From Trichinella spiralis (lineage: Eukaryota), in contig NW_003526941.1 of assembly GCF_000181795.1 (NCBI RefSeq), forward strand, positions 7,925,954-7,989,953: a stretch of 64,000 nucleotides of DNA, written 5' to 3'. Shown here piece by piece: positions 1-15,888 of the stretch. Below the pieces are notes generated by a model that was not told the origin of the DNA, did no database searches, and saw nothing but the letters and a program-made list of their open reading frames with translations. Both the position numbers and the translations under genes were made by a program. Position 1 is the stretch's first letter, and each line of letters starts with the position of its first letter.

Positions 1-622
1 TTATTTGAAAATTCAAAAAATGACTTTGACATTTCAAATTCAGTCAAAATATAAACTATCGGACAAAAAACGCAATAACAAAAAAAATTGACTTAGCCAC
101 ACGTCTTAACTTGAACTTTGAAAATTCAAAAATGACCTACATAAATGGAACTCATTGGAAAAAAGTAAAAAGATTGCAGCAGAATAAAACGTTTAGGGCT
201 GCGCTGATATGATTTTGCTGATGACGTAATTCTACATTTAACGTTGCGAATATTGTGCTTTCTGAACGTGAAGCTGTCGAACTTGTTTACCATAATTTTC
301 ATGCAAATTTTCAAGCATGTTTTCATGCATGATATTCATTATTAATATTATTTACTTTTCTTTTCTTGATGAATTAAGTTCATTTTCAATGCAAGAAAAT
401 AAATGTAATAAAGATAATCAATATTGACTTACTCCATGTTTTTATGTAAAAGCATAATATTCTAGTAAAGAATTTTGCAGTCGTAATTGAAAAAGTATTC
501 CAAATGAAAGTATTCCAAATCCCAAATGTTTGTACTTTATTATTAATAAACTTACTGTAGCGGAATAAGTTTACTGCTAATCGTAGTTCTACATTTACGT
601 GCAGTTCTTCTTTCTTTCAAAA

Positions 623-2075
623 ATGGCTTTGGCGAGTTGGACAGAAAGTGTGAATATGTTCTGTGATGAAACTGAGAAATTAATTCGTGATGACTGTTAC
701 ATTTCTTGCTTTCCACGCAGTATACAAATCGCTCCCGTACCAAACGTATGTTCTCATCTCTTATTCATTGTTCATGTCTGTTCTAAGCAGTTGAACTTCT
801 TGAGAGTATTGGAGTTGAATTAATTTAAGACTAAAATAAATTAATGTCATCTCTGAGTTTTTAATGTTCTTAAATTTTGCTGTACTGTTTAATTGATTTG
901 ATTACTAGTTAACACTTTTAACTTGATGGATGAATCGATTTTTCACTGCTAACACGACTTTACATAATTTAATTGTGTGATTGAAATTTGTTGTTACCTT
1001 TTTCATTATTAAAGTTATTGTTGATTATTTTCCAATTTAGGTCGAAAGATTTGTCTTTGAAAATTTAACTGGAACAAAAATGCAAATGATGAAGGGAACG
1101 ACCACCTTGGCTTTCATATACAAAGGGAAAACTGCAGCTGACAGAGGTGGCATAATGTTTGCAGTTGATTCGCGCGCCAGTTCTGGAAAATACATATGTA
1201 TACATATACAAGTACTTGTTCTTAAAAGTTTAGTGTTTTAAATCTGTTATTTATTACAGCATCAAGTACTGTGATGAAAGTAATTCCTCTAAGTGGTCGC
1301 ATTTTAAGTACTCTGGCAGGAGGTGCAGCGGATTGTCAATTTTGGCTCCGAGTAATATCTAAGATTTGCAAGTAATTTGGTTATTAATTATATTATACAC
1401 ACGTGATCGTGACTCATCTCGACTGTGCAACTTTCAGACTGTATGAATTGCGTTATAAATGTGAAATAAGTGTTGCTGCGGCGACGAAAACATTACAGAA
1501 CATAATTCTCGAGTATCTCGGTTATGGGCTGAGTATGGTGAGTGCAATTTTTGTCTTGTTATCGAGAATTAATGAAAAAAAAAGTTTTGAATTTTTAGGG
1601 TATGATCGTTGGTGGCTTCAATCACGATGTGAGATCACATCATCATCATCTGTTGTTCAGTATCTTTGATGATAAATATGTTGAATATTATTTTCAGGGT
1701 CCTGCGTTGTACTTCTTGGACAGCGAAGGAACGCGCAAAAAGAGCCACTTATTTTCTTGCGGAAGTGGATCGTTGAATGCTTACGGTATTTTGGACACGT
1801 TCTACAAACCCAGTATGACTGACGATGAAGCAAAAGATTTGGCTCGACGTGCCATCATGCACGCTACCTACAGAGACATCGGTTCCGGTGGACAGTGCAG
1901 CGGTATTTGTGTATTTTTCTTCCTATTCATACACGAATTACGATGTTACTTTGTTTAAGTGTTTCATCTGCAACCAAGTGGTTACAACTTGGAAAGTCAA
2001 ACAGACGTCAGTGATATGTATCACAGTTTCATGGAAGAGATGAAGCGCCCGTTTTACGATCCAAGCAGAGCGTGA
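623..2075 (+). CDS. pbs-5: Proteasome subunit beta type-5 (multi-exon)
   Basis: Spliced translation gives propeptide MALASW..., then G|TTTLAF...AVDSRASSGKYI, AGGAADCQFW, GSGSLNAYGILD, AIMHATYRDIGSGG. Thr1/Asp17/Lys33 are present. GT-AG introns are phase compatible; stop TGA at 2073-2075. Confidence 0.95.
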
Positions 2076-2203
2076 AAAGTGACATTTATTATTCTAAACG
2101 AGATAGATAATTTTGAACAGTAATTTTTCAATATTATATTAAATGATGAAAGCTATAACCGTTTCATGTTTGATTGTAAAAATATACACACAAACTGTGC
2201 AGC

Positions 2204-4537
2204 TCAGGTCGACGACTCTTGCAATTCTTGTTGCAACCAAGTCGGAGTTTCGTAACCAAGTCGAAGTAGAAGCCGATGAAAGGCAATATTGTGCGTTTTA
2301 TAATAGTTGATCAAATAACGGCGAACATCTTCGGATGGAGGACTGTAGGAACGACCTTTGCTCTTGCCCAAGCACCGTGTTCGATTGAACTCTTCCCGAA
2401 TGCAGAAGAAACCTTTTTTTGTATTGTAACTGTTCAGAAAGAAAAAATGGAAATTTCTATGGCTCGACATGCGCATTCGACAAGCTTACACGAGTTTTTC
2501 ATTATAATCCATGTCAGGCAATTCGAGAAAGTCCAACAGATGAGTCATTACCACAGCTGGTCGCTGTTGTAAAGCTTCTCCGTCCACAATGTGGATCTGT
2601 AGTTGAAAAAAAAGAATACTCTTCACAGAATTTAAAAATAATCAAAATAAAAAAAATTTCTGACGACCTGTTTGGCAGGAAAATGTGCAAGCCAGTGTTC
2701 AATATGATGAGCATAATGGCCGGGCGTTAAACAACGCTGTCGAAATTTCCACATTTCCGGTGGACCGTTCTCTTTCGACTGTAACACATCGATAAAGTCA
2801 TTTTTCAATGCAGTCGGATCATCGTGCGCTTTCATATGCTAAAGTGAACTTCATTCACGATTACAATTTTCAAAAATCGTTCAACAAAGTATTCCAGAAC
2901 CTGAAACCAAGAATAAGCCCGTTTGATTGGACTTATGGCGATCATGATTATTTTCGCACGAGGAAGCAGACTGTGCACTCGTAACGGAGCCAAATCACAA
3001 TCGAAATAAGTTGCACTCTTTTCAAATAGCAACGTTTTCTCTTGTCGTGGAGGAAAATATTCAGAATAGCTTTAATAATATAAAAAAATATAGCAGTTTC
3101 ATTAAAAAAACAAACAAACAAAATAGTGTAAATCATTTTAGACAACAATATGAAAATGGAATTGTAATTTGAATAAGTACTACTACTTACGCATTGATAC
3201 CGTGCAAATAGTTGCGTCCGCAAAAAAACTGCACTTCTTCAAAAGTCTTCGGATGTGACAAACTGCTGTTCACCAAAGGGTGCAATTTCAAAAATGTGTA
3301 CAATGCCGTTGATCCTTCAAAAAAATTACAAATAAATGGTCCACAGAAAATAATGTATCAGCATGAAATTTCATACCAGTTTTCTGAGGTCCAACAATGA
3401 TAGCATCGGGAAATTGCTTGCACAGATTTTTGGTACTCAACAGTTCCGCATGTCTTTGATCTGAACAAGGGTTCTACAGAAAAAAAAAACAAAATTAACA
3501 TAAAAACCATTCCACAAAAATCGAACACGAACAACGCGAAAATTGATCCTTACTCCCCATACTGGGTTGACTTCCTGTGGATACATTTGAAAATATTTTT
3601 CAGCCATTTCCAAAGTTGCAATCGTTTGCAATTTCAAATTTGTCCAACAACGAATAAAGCGAACCGCATTTTCAAAAGTATACACTGCCAAACGATCTTT
3701 GGCATAATTGGCTTGATGAGTCATAAAAATCAAAAACTAAAAAATTCATCATAATTAAAAATCAATTTTAATGAATGAAATGAGAAAAATAAAAACTCAC
3801 GGGATTGAAGACAAACGTATAAAACAACTCTCCGCCAAAAATACTTTCGTCTAAACGTTCCTTACCGCCAGGAAATTGTTCAATGAAAATTGTGTGCGTG
3901 TACAGGCCGCAAGTTTGACGTGGCATAACCTGAAATCAGCTATTGCTCCGTTATTTATTTATTTATTTATTTACTTGTCCATAACAATTACCATAATATC
4001 TTTGTAAACAAAGCCTCGACGCAATGATGCCGGTTTCAAATGAGGATATTGTTCAGTTGATGTAACACGGATTTTCCAAATGGACTTCCACGCATCATAA
4101 AGTGGATCGTGAACTGGGTAAACTCCAGAATGATGCGGAGAAACTGCGTACGACCACTGCACAGGAATATTATGTTGCTTAATTGGAGAACAAAAAATAT
4201 ATATATATATATAACAACAGTGTACTAGAATAATGATTGCAATGAAAATATGCAACCCCACATAATTTTTACCATGCCAAAACCATGCGCTGCAAACATA
4301 TTAATCAAACGTCTAATTGCAAACATTTTCTAACCAACACAACTCCATCGTCATGTGATTAAAAATAAATAGCCGATAGGAAAAACGCGATTAATAATCT
4401 GTTAGTAGAAAATAGAATTAAGTGAAATAAAAAAATAGCAATGTTTTAGTATAACAATCCAATGTCGAATCTGCGAACAACACGCAAGCGCATTATGTCA
4501 GATTATCTTTCCCAAATTGTTGCTCAAAATTTATCCT

Positions 4538-4576
<39 letters not shown>

Positions 4577-6484
4577 GGAGCTGTCTGTTTGTTTACCTTA
4601 GCAAAACCCTCATTGTAATTCATATCTTCGAGCAATTCGGTTACGTTGGTTTTCCAATGCGCTTGCATGTGACCCCACGAATGCGGAAACCAATGGAACT
4701 GGGCAGCCCGCGCTGACCACAACAAACCGACAAAACAAAACAACAATCAAATTCAACAAAAAACAAACCTCAGCAAATTGAAGATTTTGCAGCATCTGCG
4801 ACAAAAACACAGTGCTATTTAGCTGGTGCGCTTTCGCATGACGCCACTGATGTGGAAACCACCGAAAATTCGCTGCTTTTTCTGCAACACATTTTTCCAA
4901 CACAACAAACATCTTTTTTTTCTCATTTTACAGTTAATTTTTACAACTTTTACCTATTTATCACAGTATTTTTAAAATAATCAATGTTTCAAAGATACGA
5001 ATCAGCTAAGCAATGGAAAAAAATAATACCTAACTGAGATCAATCAATGATTTATTTGATTTATCCAAAATGTGATTCGAAGCAAGCACAAGCACAGCTG
5101 CTTCATGCCCCTTTTGGAATTTTTTTAATCAAAACAATTAACATTTAAATACAAAACTTTATAATTAGGAATAAATTAACTTAAAAAAGAAAAAAAAAAC
5201 AAATACTCTTATTATACCTATGAGCATTTCATCACCGCTTCGATCAAGATCATTTCCACGTCCATAAAATCGACCACAAAATCCCAAATTATATACAAAA
5301 TTTGCAACATGTTTCCTCATTCTTTCTTGACTTCGCAACAATTCCTAACAACAAATAAACACGTATAATAATTATAATAAATTTTGAATAGAAAATAAAT
5401 TCAATCTACTTCAACATCCGCTTTTGTTATTTTTCCATTTTCTTGTCCAACAAAAATATCGTCGATGTCGATCTGAAGATACCGAACCAGAGGCAATTGA
5501 ACTTTTCCGAAAGACAAAAATCGAAGACCGTCCAAAAATAAAAGTTTCAGCGGCCAAAATGAGTTTAAATCGTTTCCAAATAAAAGTCGTCGAATGCCAT
5601 CCAATTCTCCATTATCAAGCAAAACCAAAGACTGCACATCATTGGCATTCGAAACATCTCTGGCAAACATAACTGGCTTGTATGTGGAATGATTCGGCTG
5701 AAAGCCAACCCAATTGGAACTATTCCCTACTGGACCAGGAAAGTGAGAACCACGTTTGGCAATGTACAACAGTTGGCTAATGTCACTCAAAGAGGCGTTG
5801 GCAAATCGACGCTGCTTTTGCACGTACAGCGGAAATCCAAGCAATTTTACCGGATCAAATTCGTCTTGATCGTCACTTTTGTTTGGCATAAAAGCCACAA
5901 TCGACGCGCCAAATTCTTTGCAATATTTATCCAACAACTGTCGATTCCAATGATTCATATTGATATAACGATAAAAATTTTCAAAAATTATGATCATGTA
6001 CCGTCCTCTAGCCAAATTTGTCAACGATGGCAAGGTCTTGCGCACAGCTTGTACTTTATAAGGCACTTTCAAATAATTGAGCACAGTTTTGATTTGCTGA
6101 CCTGAAGCGCTGTACTGATTTTCAACAAGCAACAGTATTTTCGAATCACATTTTGAATTAAGCTGTTCTCTTGAAACAGAAAAAACTCCTCCTGACTAAA
6201 AAACAATAACATTAAAATTCCATAAATAGATAACAGAAACAAAATAAAAATAATTATACCATCAGAGACTGATCAACTAAAGCGTTTGCAGGACAATTAT
6301 AAAATGGCAAAGTTACCGGCGAATATGCGACATCAAAGCATCCATGCCACTGATAACCAAAGTAGCAAGTAATTAAAGCTGCGAGAAATAGAAACCAAAC
6401 TTGACGACGCACTGTGCAATATTTCAGTGTACGCGCAAAAAGCAGGTAGCACAGCACCCGCCAATTGCTGCGCCTTCTGATCAT
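2204..6484 (-). CDS. hst-1: Heparan sulfate N-deacetylase/N-sulfotransferase (NDST), multi-exon
   Basis: N-terminal membrane anchor; [12 protein letters not shown], WFPHxWx[35 protein letters not shown]-binding [25 protein letters not shown] 6484 is shared with the duplicate copy; an upstream in-frame ATG lies at 6499. Confidence 0.95.
4539..4576. repeat. (TA)n(CA)n compound microsatellite; reads as a UG repeat in the NDST pre-mRNA
   Basis: Directly visible, about 20 nt downstream of the exon B donor. Confidence 0.95.
4597..4712 (-). other. NDST alternative exon B (116 nt, phase 1 to 0)
   Basis: ggtcag|cg...aag|gtaaac; encodes [39 protein letters not shown], homologous to exon A. Confidence 0.85.
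4769..4881 (-). other. NDST alternative exon A (113 nt, phase 1 to 0)
   Basis: ttgcag|aa...gag|gtttgt; encodes [38 protein letters not shown]. Confidence 0.85.
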
Positions 6485-7958
6485 GGATTTTTTTTTCATT
6501 CACTCAATTCTTTTTCACTTCAACTTGACACGGTGAGGAGAATTACGGTGCAGCATCAGCCAATCGATTTACTGTTTTTCAAATCGCCAATTCTAAAAAT
6601 ATTTCCATTTTCTTTAAACATACAGAAAAATACAAATACAGATAATAATAAATATCAAAGTTTACAATAAACAATTACTGTACATTTGATAAATCAACAC
6701 GCTCTTCTTACTCCTGTTAAATTTCTACTGTCTCACTCATTGTGAAGATAATACATCATCATTGTAGAATTTTAAAACATATTAACTTTTCAGAAGATGG
6801 ATGGTTTAATTTTAAAAAATCAAACTAAAAGAACCTAGCAAAAATGAAAGACAAAATAAACTTAAAAAATACTACCTGCCTGAAGCAAGATAAGTTATTT
6901 TCATTATCTGTGCTAATAGTTGCATTGAAAAGATTTCTTGAGTAAAATAACAAAATTTAAACTTAAAACTCTTGGCCGATAAATATTTATTCCATTTGAA
7001 AAACTGCAACATATACTTTATTGAACGTAGTTTAGATTGACAAAAAACAAAACTGCAAATTTACCAAATAACTCTATCACATCACTTTTTCCAAAACTTA
7101 TAAAATCTTTTCAATATTCTCAATCTTTATCATCTTCATTTATTTTTACTGACCAGTGCAAATCCAATACCATTGTAAACTACGTAACATCAACCGTAAA
7201 AAATAATAAAGTACTAATTATGTCACCTCCAAGTCGTGTATCAAAAATTAACATAAATTTTTTCCTCATCTTATATCTTTTACAAAATAATAATTAAAAT
7301 TAACACGTGAAGGCTATATTGTCATTCTGTATCGATAAAAGCAATTACTGCCATTGCAATGAAAATGCAGGTCAACACACTGAAAACAAATATGCAAAAT
7401 TAACAATACCGTATATATTTTTACAAAAACATACAACTAATAACATAAACTAAAAGCATATAAATCTAATAAAAATATACTTACTGAAAATAATTGAAAT
7501 TTTTATTCTTCATTCATTTAGAAATGAAGTTTTTCTCTTCTGCTCGTACAAAACTGCAGGAAAATTGTGTATTCTTTAAATCCGCTAAAAACGTTTCCAT
7601 TCTAAAAAACTTAATAACAAAAATCAAATACATATTTTTCCTCGGTTATTAAAATTAAACCTGCTTTCATCTTTACTGTAATAATGTATGCTATATATAT
7701 GCATATGATCATATTTTAACAGACTATATTTCCAACTAGAATAATGTAAATAATAATGATAACTCAATTAAAAACATAGTTAATAATGAATTTTATGAAA
7801 AAATTACTGATAACATTTTTCAATACAGCACACAATGGTAATCAAATGTTCGAAGTTTGATTTCAACATTGTTTTCATTATAAATGCCAATCAAGTGATT
7901 TAATAGTTTTTCAGGTATCTACCGCTTTGTTATACCACCTATAAGTGAACAGTCAGCC

Positions 7959-9823
<1,865 letters not shown>

Positions 9824-11583
9824 GAAGGGGAAGAGTGAAAAATTTTATTTGACTGGGTATTTTTTCAAAATTTTCTACTAGAATTTGATTCTACAATTTA
9901 CATAATGATTCAGTGTCGTGGTTAATTTATTTTTCTTTTTTCTTGATTTGCTGTGTGAAAGAATTGCTGTTTTTTTCCCTATCTTCTTCATCTTTTGTCA
10001 TTGACGTGCTGTTTTGTTGGCATGTGTGAAAGAAAATTCCACGTTCAAACAGAATGCGTGCATCATAGTGTGATTGTTGTCGACGTGCGATGTTGATTGA
10101 CATGAAGATTTGATTGAATTGATTCAAATAATAAATGTTAAATGAAAGAAAAAGGCAGTTTTGATTATGAAATTTGTTTGCGCAAATTGTTCTTCATGTA
10201 ATAATGTATCCAATAATGAATGGTGAGAATCTTAGTAAGCGTTTCGTTGGGAATTATTTTATAAAACAAGAATGATCTGGAAATACTAAAACAAAACTGC
10301 GTTAAAACTACAATTTTGATGAATTAAGCTGTTCGATTGAAAAGCAAATATCAGTCAGTTGAATGCAGTCAGTGCGCACGCTACAGCTTTAAAATAAATA
10401 TAACTAAGACAAAGGGGGAAATGGAATGAAACGAATAGAAAAAATGACGAGAAATGTAATGTAATAAGTTGAAGATGGATAAGAAAAAAATCAGAACAAT
10501 TTGTTTTCGAAAAGAGAAAACCAACTCGAAGTGAACTAGTATGCATAGTTTTGACGCAATGCGTTACAGCGTTTCAGCTAGCTTCAATAAATCGAACTTG
10601 ATATTCAAAAGTATACTGTAAAAAGATTTAGCCGCTGAAATGCAAATCGAACAGTAGCAATTGTGTGCGTGTGGAAGAATTGTTATTAATTAGTGGCAAT
10701 TTTTAAAAATGCCAGTAGCAGAACAATCAACGTGTGCGCATAATTTGCATTGGGTCCCGCTTTTCTTGTTGCTTTCCTGTCAGCTTGAATGAATTCCGGT
10801 TTCAGTTTTAATTGTATTGTCAGTGAAAGAGCTCGCGGCGACGCGGCTTAATACATGCCGGTCAGCCGTGTGCGACCTGGCGGCTATGAAAATTTTTGAA
10901 GAATTAAATCGACCCAACCCCGCGTACCGGTAACGTCCAACAACAAATAGTAGTATGAATTATGATCATTATATACGCCATGATGTAAACATTTGACGAT
11001 GATAGGTGCATCGACAGTGCTATTGCGTTGGTCACGTACAGTCGCGTTGGCATTTTGCTGAAGCGAAAATGGCAATCTCTGAGCCAACTGTCTATCGACG
11101 CAGTAATTGTTGGTACAATGGTACAACAATGGAAGAAATGAAATACGGCGAAGAGAAATTTTAATAGCAGATTTGCCTTTCAACTACTACTACTACTACT
11201 GCACGGGAAAGCAACTGGACAAAACGATACAGCAAAGGAGGGTTTTTTGTTGAAAAAATTATTCACCTCTGTTGTTTGCTTACATGTGCGCATTGGCGAC
11301 AAGTTTACAATGGAAAAGCTAGACGTTGAACAACAAATGATGACGTTGCCAACGAACTGCTGCTTCGTTTATTGCTCTTTGCTGATCTATAAGTGACGGA
11401 CGCCTGCGAGCTTCTCTAATTCACTTTTATTCCGTTGATATTTACTTTCTCGCCGCTATCACGCTTTGGAAGCAATTCTGATAGTAGGCAGCAATTGGAA
11501 AGCTGTTTTTCTAGCAAAGAACACTGTCGGTTGGTGGAGGAGAAAGTAAAAAATAATTTCCCACATCAACAACAACAACAACA

Positions 11584-11820
11584 ATGACCAATCAGAACAA
11601 CAATTCGGAACTGCTTTCCGACGGTGGCCGCGCCGCTTTAATTGTTGTATGCAGCTTGCTGTTGTGTGTTGCGTTTGCCGTTGGCGTTTATGCGCTTTAC
11701 AAAAAATTGAGAAGCAAAAGAAAATTCGAAGGACAATATTGGCCCGCATTGAAGAAGACAAAAATGCAAGGCAGTGTTTACCGCCTCTTCCACCGCCGGG
11801 CAGTGCAGGGATGTAATTGA
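11584..11820 (+). pseudogene. Frameshifted copy of the Crumbs-3-like ORF (probably sequence error near the gap)
   Basis: Identical to 17658-17894 until a 1-nt deletion (gcattgaag vs gcattggaag); lies where the sequence degrades before the gap. Confidence 0.6.
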
Positions 11821-12161
11821 TCTGCTGTTCGATTCAAAACGTTTTTATCAACGATCATGATGTCCTTCTCAAAGTGCCCGCCGGGATATGTAGGGCAGGG
11901 GAAATGAAAATAAACGTGGACATTCCTACGTTTGTAATGTTGACTAGGAGGAGGGAGCTTATTACATCGCAGTGGACCATGGTAGCAAGGCACGCCGAGG
12001 AGGCTTTTGTTGCGCACAGATTAGGTGCCGTACAGGGGGAAGCACGAAACGGGGTTTTTCATTTTACAACTGACTAGTCGGTAAGTGTGGGTTACTGCAC
12101 GTGACATGTGGCTTTGCGGACTATTCGAATGGAGCAGGCTGAACAGACAATTGGACACTAC

Positions 12162-12171
12162 NNNNNNNNNN
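12162..12171. other. Assembly gap
   Basis: Run of 10 N. Confidence 1.
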
Positions 12172-12321
12172 GAATTTCGACTAAGCTACAGTATTTTTGG
12201 GATCACATTGTGAATTAAGCATGTTCTCTGAAAGATAGAAAAAAACTCCTCCTGACTAAAAACACAATAACATTAAAATTCCATAAATAGATAACGGGGA
12301 ACAAAATAAAAATAATTATAC

Positions 12322-12547
12322 CATCAGAGGATTGATCAACTAAAGCGTTTGCAGGACAATTATAAAATGGCAAAGTTACCGGCGAATATGCGACATCAAA
12401 GCATCCATGCCACTGATAACCAAAGTAGCAAGTAATTAAAGCTGCGAGAAATAGAAACCAAACTTGACGACGCACTGTGCAATATTTCAGTGTACGCGCA
12501 AAAAGCAGGTAGCACAGCACCCGCCAATTGCTGCGCCTTCTGATCAT
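12322..12547 (-). other. Duplicate of NDST first coding exon, gene copy truncated by the gap
   Basis: [16 protein letters not shown]... matches 6260-6484. Confidence 0.85.
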
Positions 12548-14022
12548 GGAATTTTTTTTCGTTCACTCAATTCTTTTTCACTTCAACTTGACACGGTGAG
12601 GAGAATTACGGTGCAGCATCAGCCAATCGATTTACTGTTTTTCAAATCGCCAATTCTAAAAATATTTCCATTTTCTTTAAACATACAGAAAAATACAAAT
12701 ACAGATAATAATAAATATCAGTTTACAATAAACAATTACTGTACATTTGATAAATCAACACGCTCTTCTTACTCCTGTTAAATTTCTAATGTCTCACTCA
12801 TTGTGAGGATAATACATCATCATTGTAGAATTTTAAAACATATTAACTTTTCAGAAGATGGATGGTTTAATTTTAAAAAATCAAACTAAAAGAACCTAGC
12901 AAAAACGAAAGACAAAAATAAACTTAAAAAATACTACCTGCCTGAAGCAAGATAAGTTATTTTCATTATCTGTGCTAATAGTTGCATTGAAAAGATTTCT
13001 TGAGTAAAATAACAAAATTTAAACTTAAAACTCTTGGCCGATAAATATTTATTCCATTTGAAAAACTGCAACATATACTTTATCGAACGTAGTTTAGATT
13101 GACAAAAAACAAAACTGCAAATTTACCAAATAACTCTATCACATCACTTTTTCCAAAACTTATAAAATCTTTTCAATATTCTCAATCTTTATCATCTTCA
13201 TTTATTTTTACTGACCAGTGCAAATCCAATACCATTGTAAACTACGTAACATCAACCGTAAAAAATAATAAAGTACTAATTATGTCACCTCCAAGTCGTG
13301 TATCAAAAATTAACATAAATTTTTTCCTCATCTTATATCTTTTACAAAATAATAATTAAAATTAACACGTGAAGGCTATATTGTCATTCTGTATCGATAA
13401 AAGCAATTACTGCCATTGCAATGAAAATGCAGGTCAACACACTGAAAACAAATATGCAAAATTAACAATACCGTATATATTTTTACAAAAACATACAACT
13501 AATAACATAAACTAAAAGCATATAAATCTAATAAAAATATACTTACTGAAAATAATTGAAATTTTTATTCTTCATTCATTTAGAAATGAAGTTTTTCTCT
13601 TTTGCTCGTACAAAACTGCAGGAAAATTGTGTATTCTTTAAATCCGTTAAAAACGTTTCCATTCTAAAAAACTTAATAACAAAAATCAAATACATACTTT
13701 TCCTCGGTTATTAAAATTAAACCTGCTTTCATCTTTACTGTAATAATGTATGCTATATATATATGTATATGATTATATTTTAACAAACTATATTTCCAAG
13801 TAGAATAATGTAAATAATAATGATAAATCGATTAAAAAAATAGTTAATAATGAATTTTATGAAAAAATTCCTGATAACATTTTTCAATACAGCACACAAT
13901 GGTAATCAAATGTTCGAAGTTTGATTTCAACATTGTTTTCATTATAAATGCCAATCAAGTGATTTAATAGTTTTTCAGGTATCTACCGCTTTGTTATACC
14001 ACCTATAAGTGAACAGTCAGCC

Positions 14023-15888
<1,866 letters not shown>

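Noticed and set aside
218..250. Hammerhead-like CTGATGA plus stem
   Set aside because: The required GAAA core and the remaining stems are missing; the same held for other CTGATGA hits inspected.
10830..10870. GGCTTAATACATGC resembling the 5' part of 16S rRNA
   Set aside because: Only about 14 nt; the flanks do not continue as rRNA.
11817..12160. ORFs and GC-rich sequence next to the gap
   Set aside because: Degraded version of the sequence after 17890, consistent with a low-quality read end.
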